Assembly (NCBI GenBank): GCA_947598325.1
Contig: CANQFD010000001.1
Coordinates: forward strand, 138,570-202,569
Direction: 5' to 3'
Source of the DNA: an uncultured Bacilli bacterium
Lineage (GTDB): Bacteria; Bacillota_I; Bacilli_A; RF39; UBA660
DNA length: 64,000 nucleotides
The translations under genes were made by a program, and so were the position numbers. The notes beneath the pieces are model-generated. The model saw only the letters and a program-made list of their open reading frames with translations, did not search any database and was not told the DNA's origin. Shown here one piece after another: positions 31,514-40,514 of this stretch. Position 1 is the first letter of the stretch; every line of letters starts with the position of its first letter.

Positions 31514-32260
31514 TTATATATAAGTATTTTTTATTGTTTTTAAAAAATTTCTAGATTTTAGATATAATCCTGCATACTTATCATAATATTCTCCTATAAA
31601 TTTATCTATTTCTTGCTTTACATCATTAGATACATTTATTTTTGATATTTTTTCTATATCAACATAATATAACATCCTAAGTAATTTTATTGATTTTGAA
31701 CTTATAATTGCTTCATTAGTATGACAATTACTACAGATGAATCCTCCTTTACTTGTTGAAACCGTAAGTATATTTATGCTTCCACAAACACAACATGAAT
31801 CAAGTATTGGTCTTATTCCTAAATAATTTAAATACTTTAATTCTACTATATTTTTAATTATAGTTGGGTCATAATTTTGTTCTATTTTTACTAGTGACTT
31901 AACTAAAATATCAAATATATCATTATTATTACTATGTTTAATTACTTGACTTGCTAATTCTGTTAAATACGTAGAATAACTTATTTTAATTAAATCTTTT
32001 TTTATATTAATAAATGGATTTATTAAATCTGCACATAATAAATTAGATAATTTATCTTTTTTATAATATATCTGAAAATTAGCATATGTTAATTTGCTTG
32101 TAAATGCTCTATTTTTATTTTTTAAACTTTTAGTACCTTTTGCAAGTACACTAATAAGTCCAAATTCTCTTGTAATTATATTTAAAAGTTTGCTAGTTTC
32201 TTTATAACTAGATTCACTAATTATTATCCCTTCTACTTTCGTTATTTCCAATTTTATCAA
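31514..32260 (-). CDS. recO: DNA repair protein RecO (likely TTG start at 32251)
   Basis: VEGIII...YKETSKLLNIITREFG...LAKG, plus a CCVCG...GGFICSNC zinc finger. Confidence 0.92.
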   Translation of the reverse strand: MIKLEITKVEGIIISESSYKETSKLLNIITREFGLISVLAKGTKSLKNKNRAFTSKLTYANFQIYYKKDKLSNLLCADLINPFINIKKDLIKISYSTYLTELASQVIKHSNNNDIFDILVKSLVKIEQNYDPTIIKNIVELKYLNYLGIRPILDSCCVCGSINILTVSTSKGGFICSNCHTNEAIISSKSIKLLRMLYYVDIEKISKINVSNDVKQEIDKFIGEYYDKYAGLYLKSRNFLKTIKNTYI

Positions 32261-32348
32261 TTCCTTTTTCGCACATTTCTCTATATTTAAGGAAATACTC
32301 TATTTTTCCTGTCATTTTAAATAAACTCCATATATCATTTCTATTCAT
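32217..32348 (-). CDS. yqzL: YqzL-family small protein, 43 aa (absent from the ORF track)
   Basis: MNRNDIWSLFKMTGKIEYFLKYREMCEKG... carries the W..F..TG.I..(Y/F)L.Y motif. AGGTGA RBS. Same era-recO position as Bacillus yqzL. Confidence 0.7.
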   Translation of the reverse strand: MNRNDIWSLFKMTGKIEYFLKYREMCEKGIDKIGNNESRRDNN

Positions 32349-32397
32349 ATTAATCACCTATTAATATACTGGTATATTAATAAGAATTTATTCAAAA

Positions 32398-32736
32398 TTA
32401 AAATCTTTTATTGTACTCCCAACAACATTTTTCCAAAACTTTATTATGATTTTTTTTATTAAATATATCATCTTCTTCAAATATTATAGCTTCAAATGAA
32501 GTTTCATAAACATAAGATAAAAGAGTAGAATATACTAAATCAAGCTCTTCATCAGTATATGAATCTAATATTATTTTTTTTAATTTTTCATTCAAATCAT
32601 CTTCTTTTAATATCACATATCTGTAATCAAACGGAAAATTTTCCTTACTTTTCTTTATATATTCTAATACGTTTTTTATTCTAAATACCTCTTCTAAATA
32701 AGTTATTACTTCATTGCTATTTTCACATTTTGTCAT
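32398..32736 (-). CDS. Hypothetical protein, 112 aa
   Basis: ORF directly after era with a GAGGAG RBS; no recognised motif. Confidence 0.55.
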   Translation of the reverse strand: MTKCENSNEVITYLEEVFRIKNVLEYIKKSKENFPFDYRYVILKEDDLNEKLKKIILDSYTDEELDLVYSTLLSYVYETSFEAIIFEEDDIFNKKNHNKVLEKCCWEYNKRF

Positions 32737-32744
32737 ATTAAACT

Positions 32745-33632
32745 TTACTCCTCAAATTCATTAAAACCAAATTCTGTTAAATATTTTTCTTTTTCTCTCC
32801 AGTTATTAATAGTTTTTACAAATAATTCTAAATAAACTTTTTTACCAAGTAATTTTTCTATATCATGTCTTGCTTCCATACCAATTTTTTTAATCATAGA
32901 ACCATTATGTCCCACTAATATTTTTTTAAGACCTTCTCTTTCTACTATTATAAGTACATTTATATGAATACTTAAACCGTTATCCTCATAACTTTCAAGT
33001 ATACAAGTTACAGCATGGGGAACTTCTTCCTTCGTTAAATTTAATACCTTTTCTCTAACTAATTCAGATATCATAAAATTTATACTTTTATTTGTATAAT
33101 AATCATCTGGATAGTATTTATCCCCTTCTTTTAAATACTTTTTTATTGTTTTTATTAAATCTTCAATATTATCTTTTTTTAATGCTGAAATCGGTATAAT
33201 TTCACTAAAATCATAAATATTTTTATATTCATCTATACACTTTAATAAATTCTCTTTAGGTATTTTATCTATTTTATTTAAAAGTAAAAATATAGGAGAT
33301 TTTAATTCTTTTAATTTATCTAATATAAATAAATCCCCTTTACCAAAACTAGCATTAGAATCTATCATAAATAAAATAATATCTGCATCTTCTAAAGAAT
33401 AATAAACTTGCTTATTCATATATTTTCCAAGTTTATGTTTAGGTTTATGTACACCTGGTGTATCTATAAATATAATTTGAGAGTCTTTGTCCGTATATAT
33501 TCCTTGTATACTATTTCTTGTTGTTTGTGCTTTATCTGAAACAATAGCAATCTTTGTTCCCATTATGGTATTAATTAACGTTGATTTGCCCGCATTGGGT
33601 CTTCCTACTATAGCTATAAATCCTGTTTTCAT
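32745..33632 (-). CDS. era: GTPase Era
   Basis: GRPNAGKSTL, QTTRN, DTPGVH, NKID, EEVPH and KH-domain VGHNGSMIKKIG. Confidence 0.97.
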   Translation of the reverse strand: MKTGFIAIVGRPNAGKSTLINTIMGTKIAIVSDKAQTTRNSIQGIYTDKDSQIIFIDTPGVHKPKHKLGKYMNKQVYYSLEDADIILFMIDSNASFGKGDLFILDKLKELKSPIFLLLNKIDKIPKENLLKCIDEYKNIYDFSEIIPISALKKDNIEDLIKTIKKYLKEGDKYYPDDYYTNKSINFMISELVREKVLNLTKEEVPHAVTCILESYEDNGLSIHINVLIIVEREGLKKILVGHNGSMIKKIGMEARHDIEKLLGKKVYLELFVKTINNWREKEKYLTEFGFNEFEE

Positions 33633-34018
33633 TATTTTAAATCTTCCGAACTAAATGGATATGGACAAAGATCTTTAACAGTAAATCTTTTTTCATCCTT
33701 TGATGTATTCATTAATATTATTTCTTTATCAGGATGAAAAAATTCAGCTATTATTTGTCTACATAAAAAACAACAAGTACTAATTTTATTACTATCGACC
33801 ATTATATATAATTTATTAAAGTCGCCCTTTTTATAACCGTTACTTATAGCGGATACAATGGCGCTCCTTTCTGCACATATAGTAGCACCATAAGATGCAT
33901 TTTCAACGTTTACACCATTAAATTCTGTCCCATCATTCATAACTACAATACAACTTACTCTAAATTTTGAATAAGGACTATATGAATTAACAAGCAAATT
34001 TTGTAATTTTTCTCTCAT
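33632..34018 (-). CDS. cdd: Cytidine deaminase (start MREKLQ at 34018)
   Basis: SYSPYSKFRV, GVNVENASYGATICAERSAI and CCFLCRQ; GGGGGAG RBS. Confidence 0.93.
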   Translation of the reverse strand: MREKLQNLLVNSYSPYSKFRVSCIVVMNDGTEFNGVNVENASYGATICAERSAIVSAISNGYKKGDFNKLYIMVDSNKISTCCFLCRQIIAEFFHPDKEIILMNTSKDEKRFTVKDLCPYPFSSEDLK

Positions 34019-34029
34019 ACATTCTCCCC

Positions 34030-34425
34030 CTAAATAAATAATTTTATAATTTGTGGTAAAAACACATATAAATATAATCCACATGCTAATAATGATGATA
34101 CAAAAGCTGCTGCTGAAGCACAATCTTTTGCTATTCTTGCAAGTTCATGATATTCTTTGGTAACTAGATCAACAGTTGCTTCAATAGCAGTGTTTAAAAG
34201 TTCTGTAACAATTATTATAGTCATAACAACAACAAGTATTGCCCACTGCATTTTAGAAATGTGAAAATAAAATCCTGATACCAATACAACTACTGTTAAT
34301 ATTGCATGAAGTGTTAAACTTTGTTCATTTAAATATGCATACTCAAGTCCTTTTATTGAATTTTTTATACTTGATATGAATCTTTTAAATCCTCTTTTTT
34401 TAATTTTTTTATTCTTTAATTCCAT
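34030..34425 (-). CDS. dgkA: Diacylglycerol/undecaprenol kinase
   Basis: ELLNTAIEATVDLVT and ARIAKDCASAA with three TM helices. Confidence 0.9.
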   Translation of the reverse strand: MELKNKKIKKRGFKRFISSIKNSIKGLEYAYLNEQSLTLHAILTVVVLVSGFYFHISKMQWAILVVVMTIIIVTELLNTAIEATVDLVTKEYHELARIAKDCASAAAFVSSLLACGLYLYVFLPQIIKLFI

Positions 34426-34855
34426 AACTATCTAATAACTCCTTTTGTAAATCAAACATTTCTTTTTCATCTTCTTTAGTCATATGATCATAACCTAATA
34501 AATGAAGTAATCCATGTGTTACTAAGAAACATAATTCTCTTTTTAGAGAATGGTTATATTCATCTTTTTGACTAATTGCTTTATCAATTGAAATATAAAT
34601 ATCTCCAAGAACTCTAAATTCACCTTTTGGAAATGTATTATTATCCTCTAATGCAAAACTTATTACATCAGTTTCCCTATCTATATTTCTATATTCTCTA
34701 TTTATTTTTCTTATTGTTTCATTATTAACAAAAATTATATTAAATACAGTATTTTCTAATTTTAGATAATTAACATAATAATTGACTAATTTTTCTATTT
34801 CATCTAGTAATTCTATATCTTTATTACTTTCATTAAATATACCTATATCATTCAT
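34409..34855 (-). CDS. ybeY: rRNA maturation endoribonuclease YbeY (likely start 34855)
   Basis: INREYRNIDRETDVISF, LGDIYIS and HGLLHLLGYDH. Confidence 0.95.
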   Translation of the reverse strand: MNDIGIFNESNKDIELLDEIEKLVNYYVNYLKLENTVFNIIFVNNETIRKINREYRNIDRETDVISFALEDNNTFPKGEFRVLGDIYISIDKAISQKDEYNHSLKRELCFLVTHGLLHLLGYDHMTKEDEKEMFDLQKELLDSYGIKE

Positions 34856-35469
34856 CTTAAAATACCCCATAAAGAATAGTTTGTATATATTAAAAACAAT
34901 ATTATTAAAACAACTATTATAGTTATATTCTTAAATGTATCAGACTTAAAAAATGAAGGTAAATGATCAGATATTACATCTAAAATTATATATATTAAAT
35001 AACCAACAAATCCTCCTATTACGTTAAGTATTATATCATCTATATCAAATGTTCTACCTATTTTAAGTTGTGTATACTCAATAACACCTGATGTTATTAG
35101 AGATATTATAATAATTGGAAATGTTCTTCTTGTTTTCATAATATATGAAACAAAAACACCAAATGGAATAAATAAAATTATATTACCAAGTATATTTTTT
35201 ATAAATAATTCAGATCCCATTTTATATCTAAATATTTCTTTAAATGGAACAATATTATTAGTACCGTAATTCACATCCTGAAATGTAACAACATAAAACA
35301 ATAATAATGCATATATCAAAAAAAGTAATAAAAATAATTCTTTATATAATATAAACTTTTCTTTATGTACAAATAAATATACTAATCTTATTGTTACTAT
35401 TACTGTTGTAAATATAAATAACATAGGCCAATTATTGTCTACTGCTTTTTGTAAAGTATTTTCAATCAT
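34852..35469 (-). CDS. VanZ-family membrane protein
   Basis: NIVPFKEI, NILGNIILFIPFG and IEYTQ...RTFDIDDIILNVIGG. Confidence 0.85.
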   Translation of the reverse strand: MIENTLQKAVDNNWPMLFIFTTVIVTIRLVYLFVHKEKFILYKELFLLLFLIYALLLFYVVTFQDVNYGTNNIVPFKEIFRYKMGSELFIKNILGNIILFIPFGVFVSYIMKTRRTFPIIIISLITSGVIEYTQLKIGRTFDIDDIILNVIGGFVGYLIYIILDVISDHLPSFFKSDTFKNITIIVVLIILFLIYTNYSLWGILR

Positions 35470-35482
35470 GCTTACACCTCTA

Positions 35483-36619
35483 TTACTCTGGAATTATTTT
35501 CTCTTTCTTTCCTATTTCTTCATAACAGGAAAAAAACACATCCATTATTATTTTACTATCTTTTGATGAAAAATTCAAAGTTTTTTGCAAAGTTATAAAT
35601 TCTCCTTTATCAAGAGACTGTAAAACTTTACTTTTTGCGTTTTCTAATGCCTTTATTTTAGCCTCATTTATAGAATATTTATCTTTAATTATTATTACCT
35701 CTCTTTGTTCTTCTATGCCTATTTCAAATGGGATTAATTTATTTTTTAAATTTACTATAGAATTTCTTTCAAAATTTTTAAAACGTTTTTTTGTTATATA
35801 TTTATTATTTATCTTTATATAAAAACTCTTTTTCTTATTATTTGTATATCTTTTTTCAATATAGTTAAGTGGAAACTCAATATTCACATTGTACCATACT
35901 TCTGCATAAACTTTTCCTTTTGCTTCAACAAATTTTTTTACCTTATCATCTTTTGTAATCGCACCACTAATTACTATGTCACCTTTATTCACATAAGTAT
36001 TTACATCTACTACCTTCATTCCATCTTCTGCATATATTTCTTTTATAACTCCTGACTTTTTAGCTACTATATTTGAATATTCTTCTTTTTTATCTTTTTT
36101 TGGTTTTTTTCTTTCAACTATTTTAATCTCATATTTTGTTCCTATATTTGTTATCTCAATCCATTCTATTTCATCATTATATTTTTCTAATAATATCTGT
36201 TTGATATTTGATATATCATCATATGATTTTTTTAATGAATATTTTTTTATCCCATATGCATTTAAATCATTTAATACTTTTTTATTAAGACTACTATTAG
36301 CGCTAATTATATTAATATTAAATATTATATTTGATAAATATATTAAAAATAATACACCTAAAAATGAAATTATAAGAAAATGTTTATTTTTATTTAACAA
36401 TTCTCTAAATTTTAAGTATCCTAAACTATCTATGATAGTAAGTTTATATATTGTTTTTATTTTATTTAATTTTTCATAATCATTATAGTTTATCTTAATA
36501 ATTATTTCTTTATACGATATTTTTTTTATATTAATAATATTTATATTATTTTTGTGACACTTATTTATAAAATTAGTTATATTACTTCCATTTACCTTTA
36601 TTATTAAATAACTATTCAT
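35483..36619 (-). CDS. yqfD: Sporulation protein YqfD (SpoIV)
   Basis: N-terminal FINKC, central TM, IEWIEI, NIVAKKSGVI, VNKGDIVISG and AKGKVYAEVWY; follows yqfC. Confidence 0.85.
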   Translation of the reverse strand: MNSYLIIKVNGSNITNFINKCHKNNINIINIKKISYKEIIIKINYNDYEKLNKIKTIYKLTIIDSLGYLKFRELLNKNKHFLIISFLGVLFLIYLSNIIFNINIISANSSLNKKVLNDLNAYGIKKYSLKKSYDDISNIKQILLEKYNDEIEWIEITNIGTKYEIKIVERKKPKKDKKEEYSNIVAKKSGVIKEIYAEDGMKVVDVNTYVNKGDIVISGAITKDDKVKKFVEAKGKVYAEVWYNVNIEFPLNYIEKRYTNNKKKSFYIKINNKYITKKRFKNFERNSIVNLKNKLIPFEIGIEEQREVIIIKDKYSINEAKIKALENAKSKVLQSLDKGEFITLQKTLNFSSKDSKIIMDVFFSCYEEIGKKEKIIPE

Positions 36620-36872
36620 TATTATCCTCTAATATTATTTGATTATATTTTCCAACAATAAGTATCTCATTATTTAGTAATTTATTTATACTTAATGATT
36701 TTCCTTTAATAATAATTTTTTGATTATTATTAAATATCTTAAGTTCATTTTCACTAATAGTATCTAACTGAGTATAATTTTGTATATCTATCATTTTATC
36801 TTTAAGAATTATCTTAAAATCGTTTTGTTTAACATAATTTTCTATATTTCTAACTAATCCCATTTTTATCAC
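36612..36872 (-). CDS. yqfC: YabP/YqfC-family sporulation protein (likely start 36863)
   Basis: IDIQNY...IIKGKSLSI...EILIVG; overlaps the yqfD start; sigma-E-type -10 CATATACT at 36880-36887. Confidence 0.75.
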   Translation of the reverse strand: MIKMGLVRNIENYVKQNDFKIILKDKMIDIQNYTQLDTISENELKIFNNNQKIIIKGKSLSINKLLNNEILIVGKYNQIILEDNNE

Positions 36873-36911
36873 CTATTAAAGTATATGAAAAAAAAAGAAC
36901 TTAAGAAGTCC

Positions 36912-37355
36912 TTAAAGTTTTGATAATTTATCTTTAATAATATTTGAAACATGTCCCATGTCAGCTCTTGATTTTAATTTCAAAGATACCTCTTTCATAA
37001 TTTTACCCATATCAGCTATTGAACTTGGATTAATAGATTTAAAGGCATCATCTATTATTTCATTTATTTCATCATCAGTTAATTGTTTTGGTAAATATTT
37101 ATTTAATATATTTATCTCTTCATTATACTGATTTATTAAATCATCTCTATTTGCTTTTTTAAAATCATTAATTGCATCATTTCTCATCTTAACTTGTTTC
37201 ACAATAATATTAGTAATCATTTCATCTGTTAATTCTTTTTTATTATTAATTTCTTCCATTTGAATTGATGCTTTAATTAATTTAATAACATCTAATGAAA
37301 TTTTATCATGGCTTTTCATAGCCTCAATCATATCTTTTTGTAATCTTTCTTTCAT
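36912..37355 (-). CDS. yqeY: GatB/YqeY domain protein
   Basis: LQKDMIEAMKS, VKQVKMR...DF, YLPKQL and DMGKIMKEV; follows rpsU. Confidence 0.9.
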   Translation of the reverse strand: MKERLQKDMIEAMKSHDKISLDVIKLIKASIQMEEINNKKELTDEMITNIIVKQVKMRNDAINDFKKANRDDLINQYNEEINILNKYLPKQLTDDEINEIIDDAFKSINPSSIADMGKIMKEVSLKLKSRADMGHVSNIIKDKLSKL

Positions 37356-37397
37356 ATATCCTCCTAAAACAAAAATAAAGTAGTATTCTACTTCATT

Positions 37398-37592
37398 TTA
37401 ATCTCTATCACGATTTTGTTTCTTTCTGCTGTTTTTTATACCTGCCTTTTTAGCTTCTCTTCTTTTAATACCTGGTTTAGAGTAATGTTCTCTTTTTTTA
37501 CATTCTGAAGGGATTCCACTTTTTGCTACTTTTTGTTTAAATTTTTTCAAAGCACCATCAACGTTTCCATTTCTTACTACAACTTTTGTCAT
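37398..37592 (-). CDS. rpsU: 30S ribosomal protein S21
   Basis: VVVRNGNVDGALKKFKQKV...KKREHYSKPGIKRR. Confidence 0.92.
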   Translation of the reverse strand: MTKVVVRNGNVDGALKKFKQKVAKSGIPSECKKREHYSKPGIKRREAKKAGIKNSRKKQNRDRD

Positions 37593-37623
37593 TTTTATCC
37601 CTCCCTTCGTTTTTACTAAATAG

Positions 37624-37652
37624 ATTATAACACTCTAAAAATTTTATTTCAA
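37624..37652 (-). promoter_or_regulatory. SigA-type promoter of rpsU
   Basis: TTGAAA-17 bp-TATAAT with extended TG. Confidence 0.7.
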
Positions 37653-37757
37653 CATTTTTTTCTTTTTTTTGATAGAAAAAGATGAAATATTAACAATTAT
37701 TGATAAATATGTATAAATTTTGTAACAGTATATTATGCTAAAGTTAAAAATAATTAA

Positions 37758-37782
37758 AAACAAGAGATTATTTCTCTTGTTT
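37758..37782 (-). terminator. Intrinsic terminator of the peptide operon
   Basis: AAACAAGAGA-aataa-TCTCTTGTTT followed by T residues, immediately after the second peptide stop. Confidence 0.8.
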
Positions 37783-37783
37783 A

Positions 37784-37951
37784 TTAATATCTGCATAAAT
37801 TTTTATCTATAATTCTTCTTATAGAAGATCCTAGATATCTACCTAAATCAGTAAATATGGTTACACCTTTAAATATAGAATTTACAAGAGTCCCTGTAAC
37901 TGATGCACCAGCATTTATTTTAAGCATTTCATTTTTATTTAATTCTTTCAT
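37784..37951 (-). CDS. Double-glycine-type leader peptide B, 55 aa, class IIb bacteriocin-like (absent from the ORF track)
   Basis: MKELNKNEMLKINAG / ASVTGTLVNSIFKGVTIFTDLGRYLGSSIRRIIDKNLCRY. GGGGG RBS and a GRYLG GxxxG motif. Confidence 0.85.
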   Translation of the reverse strand: MKELNKNEMLKINAGASVTGTLVNSIFKGVTIFTDLGRYLGSSIRRIIDKNLCRY

Positions 37952-37960
37952 TTTTCCCCC

Positions 37961-38101
37961 TTATCTACACTTATATGGTCTTACATATCCATCTAATATT
38001 CCAACTAAAAACGATATCCCCGCAACTATCGCTGCTACTGCACCCGCAGATATACTACCTGCATTCACATTAAGCATCTCTTCATTAGTTAATTCTCTCA
38101 T
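37961..38101 (-). CDS. Double-glycine-type leader peptide A, 46 aa, class IIb (lactobin A/cerein 7B-like) bacteriocin-like (absent from the ORF track)
   Basis: MRELTNEEMLNVNAG / SISAGAVAAIVAGISFLVGILDGYVRPYKCR. Starts 2 nt after the transporter stop; GILDG GxxxG motif. Confidence 0.85.
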   Translation of the reverse strand: MRELTNEEMLNVNAGSISAGAVAAIVAGISFLVGILDGYVRPYKCR

Positions 38102-38103
38102 TT

Positions 38104-40128
38104 TTACTCCCCCTTTACTGTTAATATTTCATCAAATAAATCACTATTATCATTTCTATGTGAAATTAAAACTAAAGTAAAATTAAAATTTTTCTTTATA
38201 TCCTCTATAATTTTTCTTTCACTTACTGCATCTATTTCATTCATTGTTTCATCTAATATTAATAAATTTGATCCCCTTAATAATGTTCTCGCTAATAATA
38301 TTTTTTGTCTTTCTCCTCCAGATAGATTATGTCCATTTTCTTCTAAAACAAAATCAAGGTTTATATTTCTATCATTTAATATTTTATCTATCATAGTTAT
38401 ACTTAATACACTACGTAATAACTCACTATCAATTTCCTTATACATTTTTATATTGTTAATTATCGTATCTGTAAATATATATTCATTTTGTGATACATAA
38501 CAAATATTATCAGTAATATCTTTACTACTTAGTTTATTTATATCTATGTTATCAATAAAAATAGTATTATCTTCACATTTTAATTGTTTGGTAAGTAATT
38601 TAAATATTGTTGATTTACCTATACCGCTTTCTCCTCTTACAAAAATATACTTGCCCTTTTCTATTTTAAAACTAATATTATTAAGTACATTATAATTCTG
38701 ATTATATGAATAAGAAACATTTTTAAAACATATTTCTTTATTAAATATTAACCCATAACAAGTAGGTTCATCTTCACTATTAGTAAGTATTGAATTAATT
38801 CTTTTATATGAGTTTTTTGCCTCTATTATTGAGTTATCAAATCTAATTAGATTTTTTATTGATGACAACTGATAAATTAATAATGAGTTAAATGCTATTA
38901 AAGAAGAAAATGTTATTAAGCCATTTTTAACAAAATTTATACCAAAAAATAATATAATTATTGTTCCAAATGAAGTTATAAAATCTTCAAATATATTCAC
39001 ATTTACTATTTTTCTATTAAATTTTATATTATTATCTAGTGCTAAACCATATATATTATTGTATTTATTATATATATCTTGTCTTATATTTAGATTATTT
39101 ATAGTATCTATTCCTAGAATACTTTCCATTATAAATGTATTAACCAATGAAGCATTCTCTTTATTTATAATTGATAAGTATTTTATATTAGATCTAATAA
39201 TTAAATAAGATAGAATATAAATTATTAATATAAATAATAAAATAATAAATAATTCTTTACTAAGTATAAGTAAAAAAATACTTATAACAATAGTAAATAT
39301 TAAATCTACTAAAAAAGAAAAGCTAAATTCATTAATAAAATTTTTTATATAAGATAAATCATTTAATCTAGATACAATATCTCCTACTGGTCTACTATGA
39401 TGAAATATAATTGGAAGAGATATAATTTTCCCATAGACTTTATTAGTTATTTTCTTATCAATTGTTTTACTAAAATTGAGTAAAATTGTACTTTTATGTT
39501 TATCTAATGATATTTTAAGAAAGAGAAATATTATAAATATAATTAATATTAATACTGATTTATTTTTATAATTATAAAGATTACTAAAATAAAAAGAATT
39601 AATACTAGATAGGAGTGAACAAATAATAGAAATTAAAAAAATATATATGATAATTTTTTTATATTTACTTAAATATATTAATATCTTTTTAAAATAGCCT
39701 AATTCTTTTTCTTTAACTATATAATCAGTTTTTTTAAATGTTATAACTATACCTGTCCATTCTTTAGAAAAATCATCCATTGAATATTTTAAAATTCCAC
39801 GTATAGGATCAAATATAATTATTTCATCATCTACTATTTTGTCTATTATAACAAAATGATAACAGTTATTCTCAAATTTTAAGTGCGCAATTGAAGGAAA
39901 ATTTAAAGACCAAAGATCATTTAATCCACATTTATAAGATTTTGCTTTTAATCCTAACTTAGAAGATGCTAAAACCATATTATATACGTTGGTTCCATTC
40001 TCATCTGTTTTAGTAAGTCTTCTTAACTTTTCTATATTTATACTACCACCATGATATTTAATGATATTATATAAAGTGCAAACTCCACAATCTTTAATTC
40101 CTTCTTGTTTTATATATCTATGGCGCAT
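38104..40128 (-). CDS. Peptidase-containing ABC transporter (C39 peptidase + TM domain + ATPase)
   Basis: QEGIKDCG (Cys), HFVI (His), FDP (Asp); TM domain; GESGIGKST, LSGGERQK and LILDE. Confidence 0.95.
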   Translation of the reverse strand: MRHRYIKQEGIKDCGVCTLYNIIKYHGGSINIEKLRRLTKTDENGTNVYNMVLASSKLGLKAKSYKCGLNDLWSLNFPSIAHLKFENNCYHFVIIDKIVDDEIIIFDPIRGILKYSMDDFSKEWTGIVITFKKTDYIVKEKELGYFKKILIYLSKYKKIIIYIFLISIICSLLSSINSFYFSNLYNYKNKSVLILIIFIIFLFLKISLDKHKSTILLNFSKTIDKKITNKVYGKIISLPIIFHHSRPVGDIVSRLNDLSYIKNFINEFSFSFLVDLIFTIVISIFLLILSKELFIILLFILIIYILSYLIIRSNIKYLSIINKENASLVNTFIMESILGIDTINNLNIRQDIYNKYNNIYGLALDNNIKFNRKIVNVNIFEDFITSFGTIIILFFGINFVKNGLITFSSLIAFNSLLIYQLSSIKNLIRFDNSIIEAKNSYKRINSILTNSEDEPTCYGLIFNKEICFKNVSYSYNQNYNVLNNISFKIEKGKYIFVRGESGIGKSTIFKLLTKQLKCEDNTIFIDNIDINKLSSKDITDNICYVSQNEYIFTDTIINNIKMYKEIDSELLRSVLSITMIDKILNDRNINLDFVLEENGHNLSGGERQKILLARTLLRGSNLLILDETMNEIDAVSERKIIEDIKKNFNFTLVLISHRNDNSDLFDEILTVKGE

Positions 40129-40189
40129 TTTATCTCCTCCATAGTATATATAAACTAAATAAAAAAAATATCCTCTAAAAGAGTGATAT

Positions 40190-40510
40190 TTAACTAATTA
40201 ATTTTTCTACAATTTTAAAACTTTTTTCTAAACCGTTTGTTAATCCACCATTTATTGCATCTGAAAATAAAGATCCTATATCGGTTATTTTATTGTCATA
40301 ATTTTTACTATCATCTACTAAATAATCTTTTATATTAACATTTTTCCCAGATGCTATATCTTTTTCAAATTCTTTAATTTTTTCTTCTGTAAAATTTGCT
40401 TTTTTCTCATTTTCATATTCGTAATAACCAGATTTAGAAGCTCCATATATAGATAAAAATATAACAAATAAACAAAAAACTATAGTATTAAATATTTTCT
40501 TTGGTTTCAT
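40190..40510 (-). CDS. Small membrane protein at the Bacillus yqxA position
   Basis: N-terminal TM helix and charged tail, 4 nt after spoIIP; family assigned by position only. Confidence 0.55.
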   Translation of the reverse strand: MKPKKIFNTIVFCLFVIFLSIYGASKSGYYEYENEKKANFTEEKIKEFEKDIASGKNVNIKDYLVDDSKNYDNKITDIGSLFSDAINGGLTNGLEKSFKIVEKLIS

Positions 40511-40514
40511 AAAT

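Noticed and set aside
37857-38180. 107-aa plus-strand ORF in the track
   Set aside because: It is the antisense shadow of the two minus-strand peptide genes and the transporter end, which have RBSs, leader motifs and a terminator.
40142-40173. Possible SigG promoter (GGATA ... TATACTA) for the peptide transporter operon
   Set aside because: Spacing is 20 bp rather than 17-18, and TATACT is equally a sigma-A -10, so sporulation-specific control is not shown.
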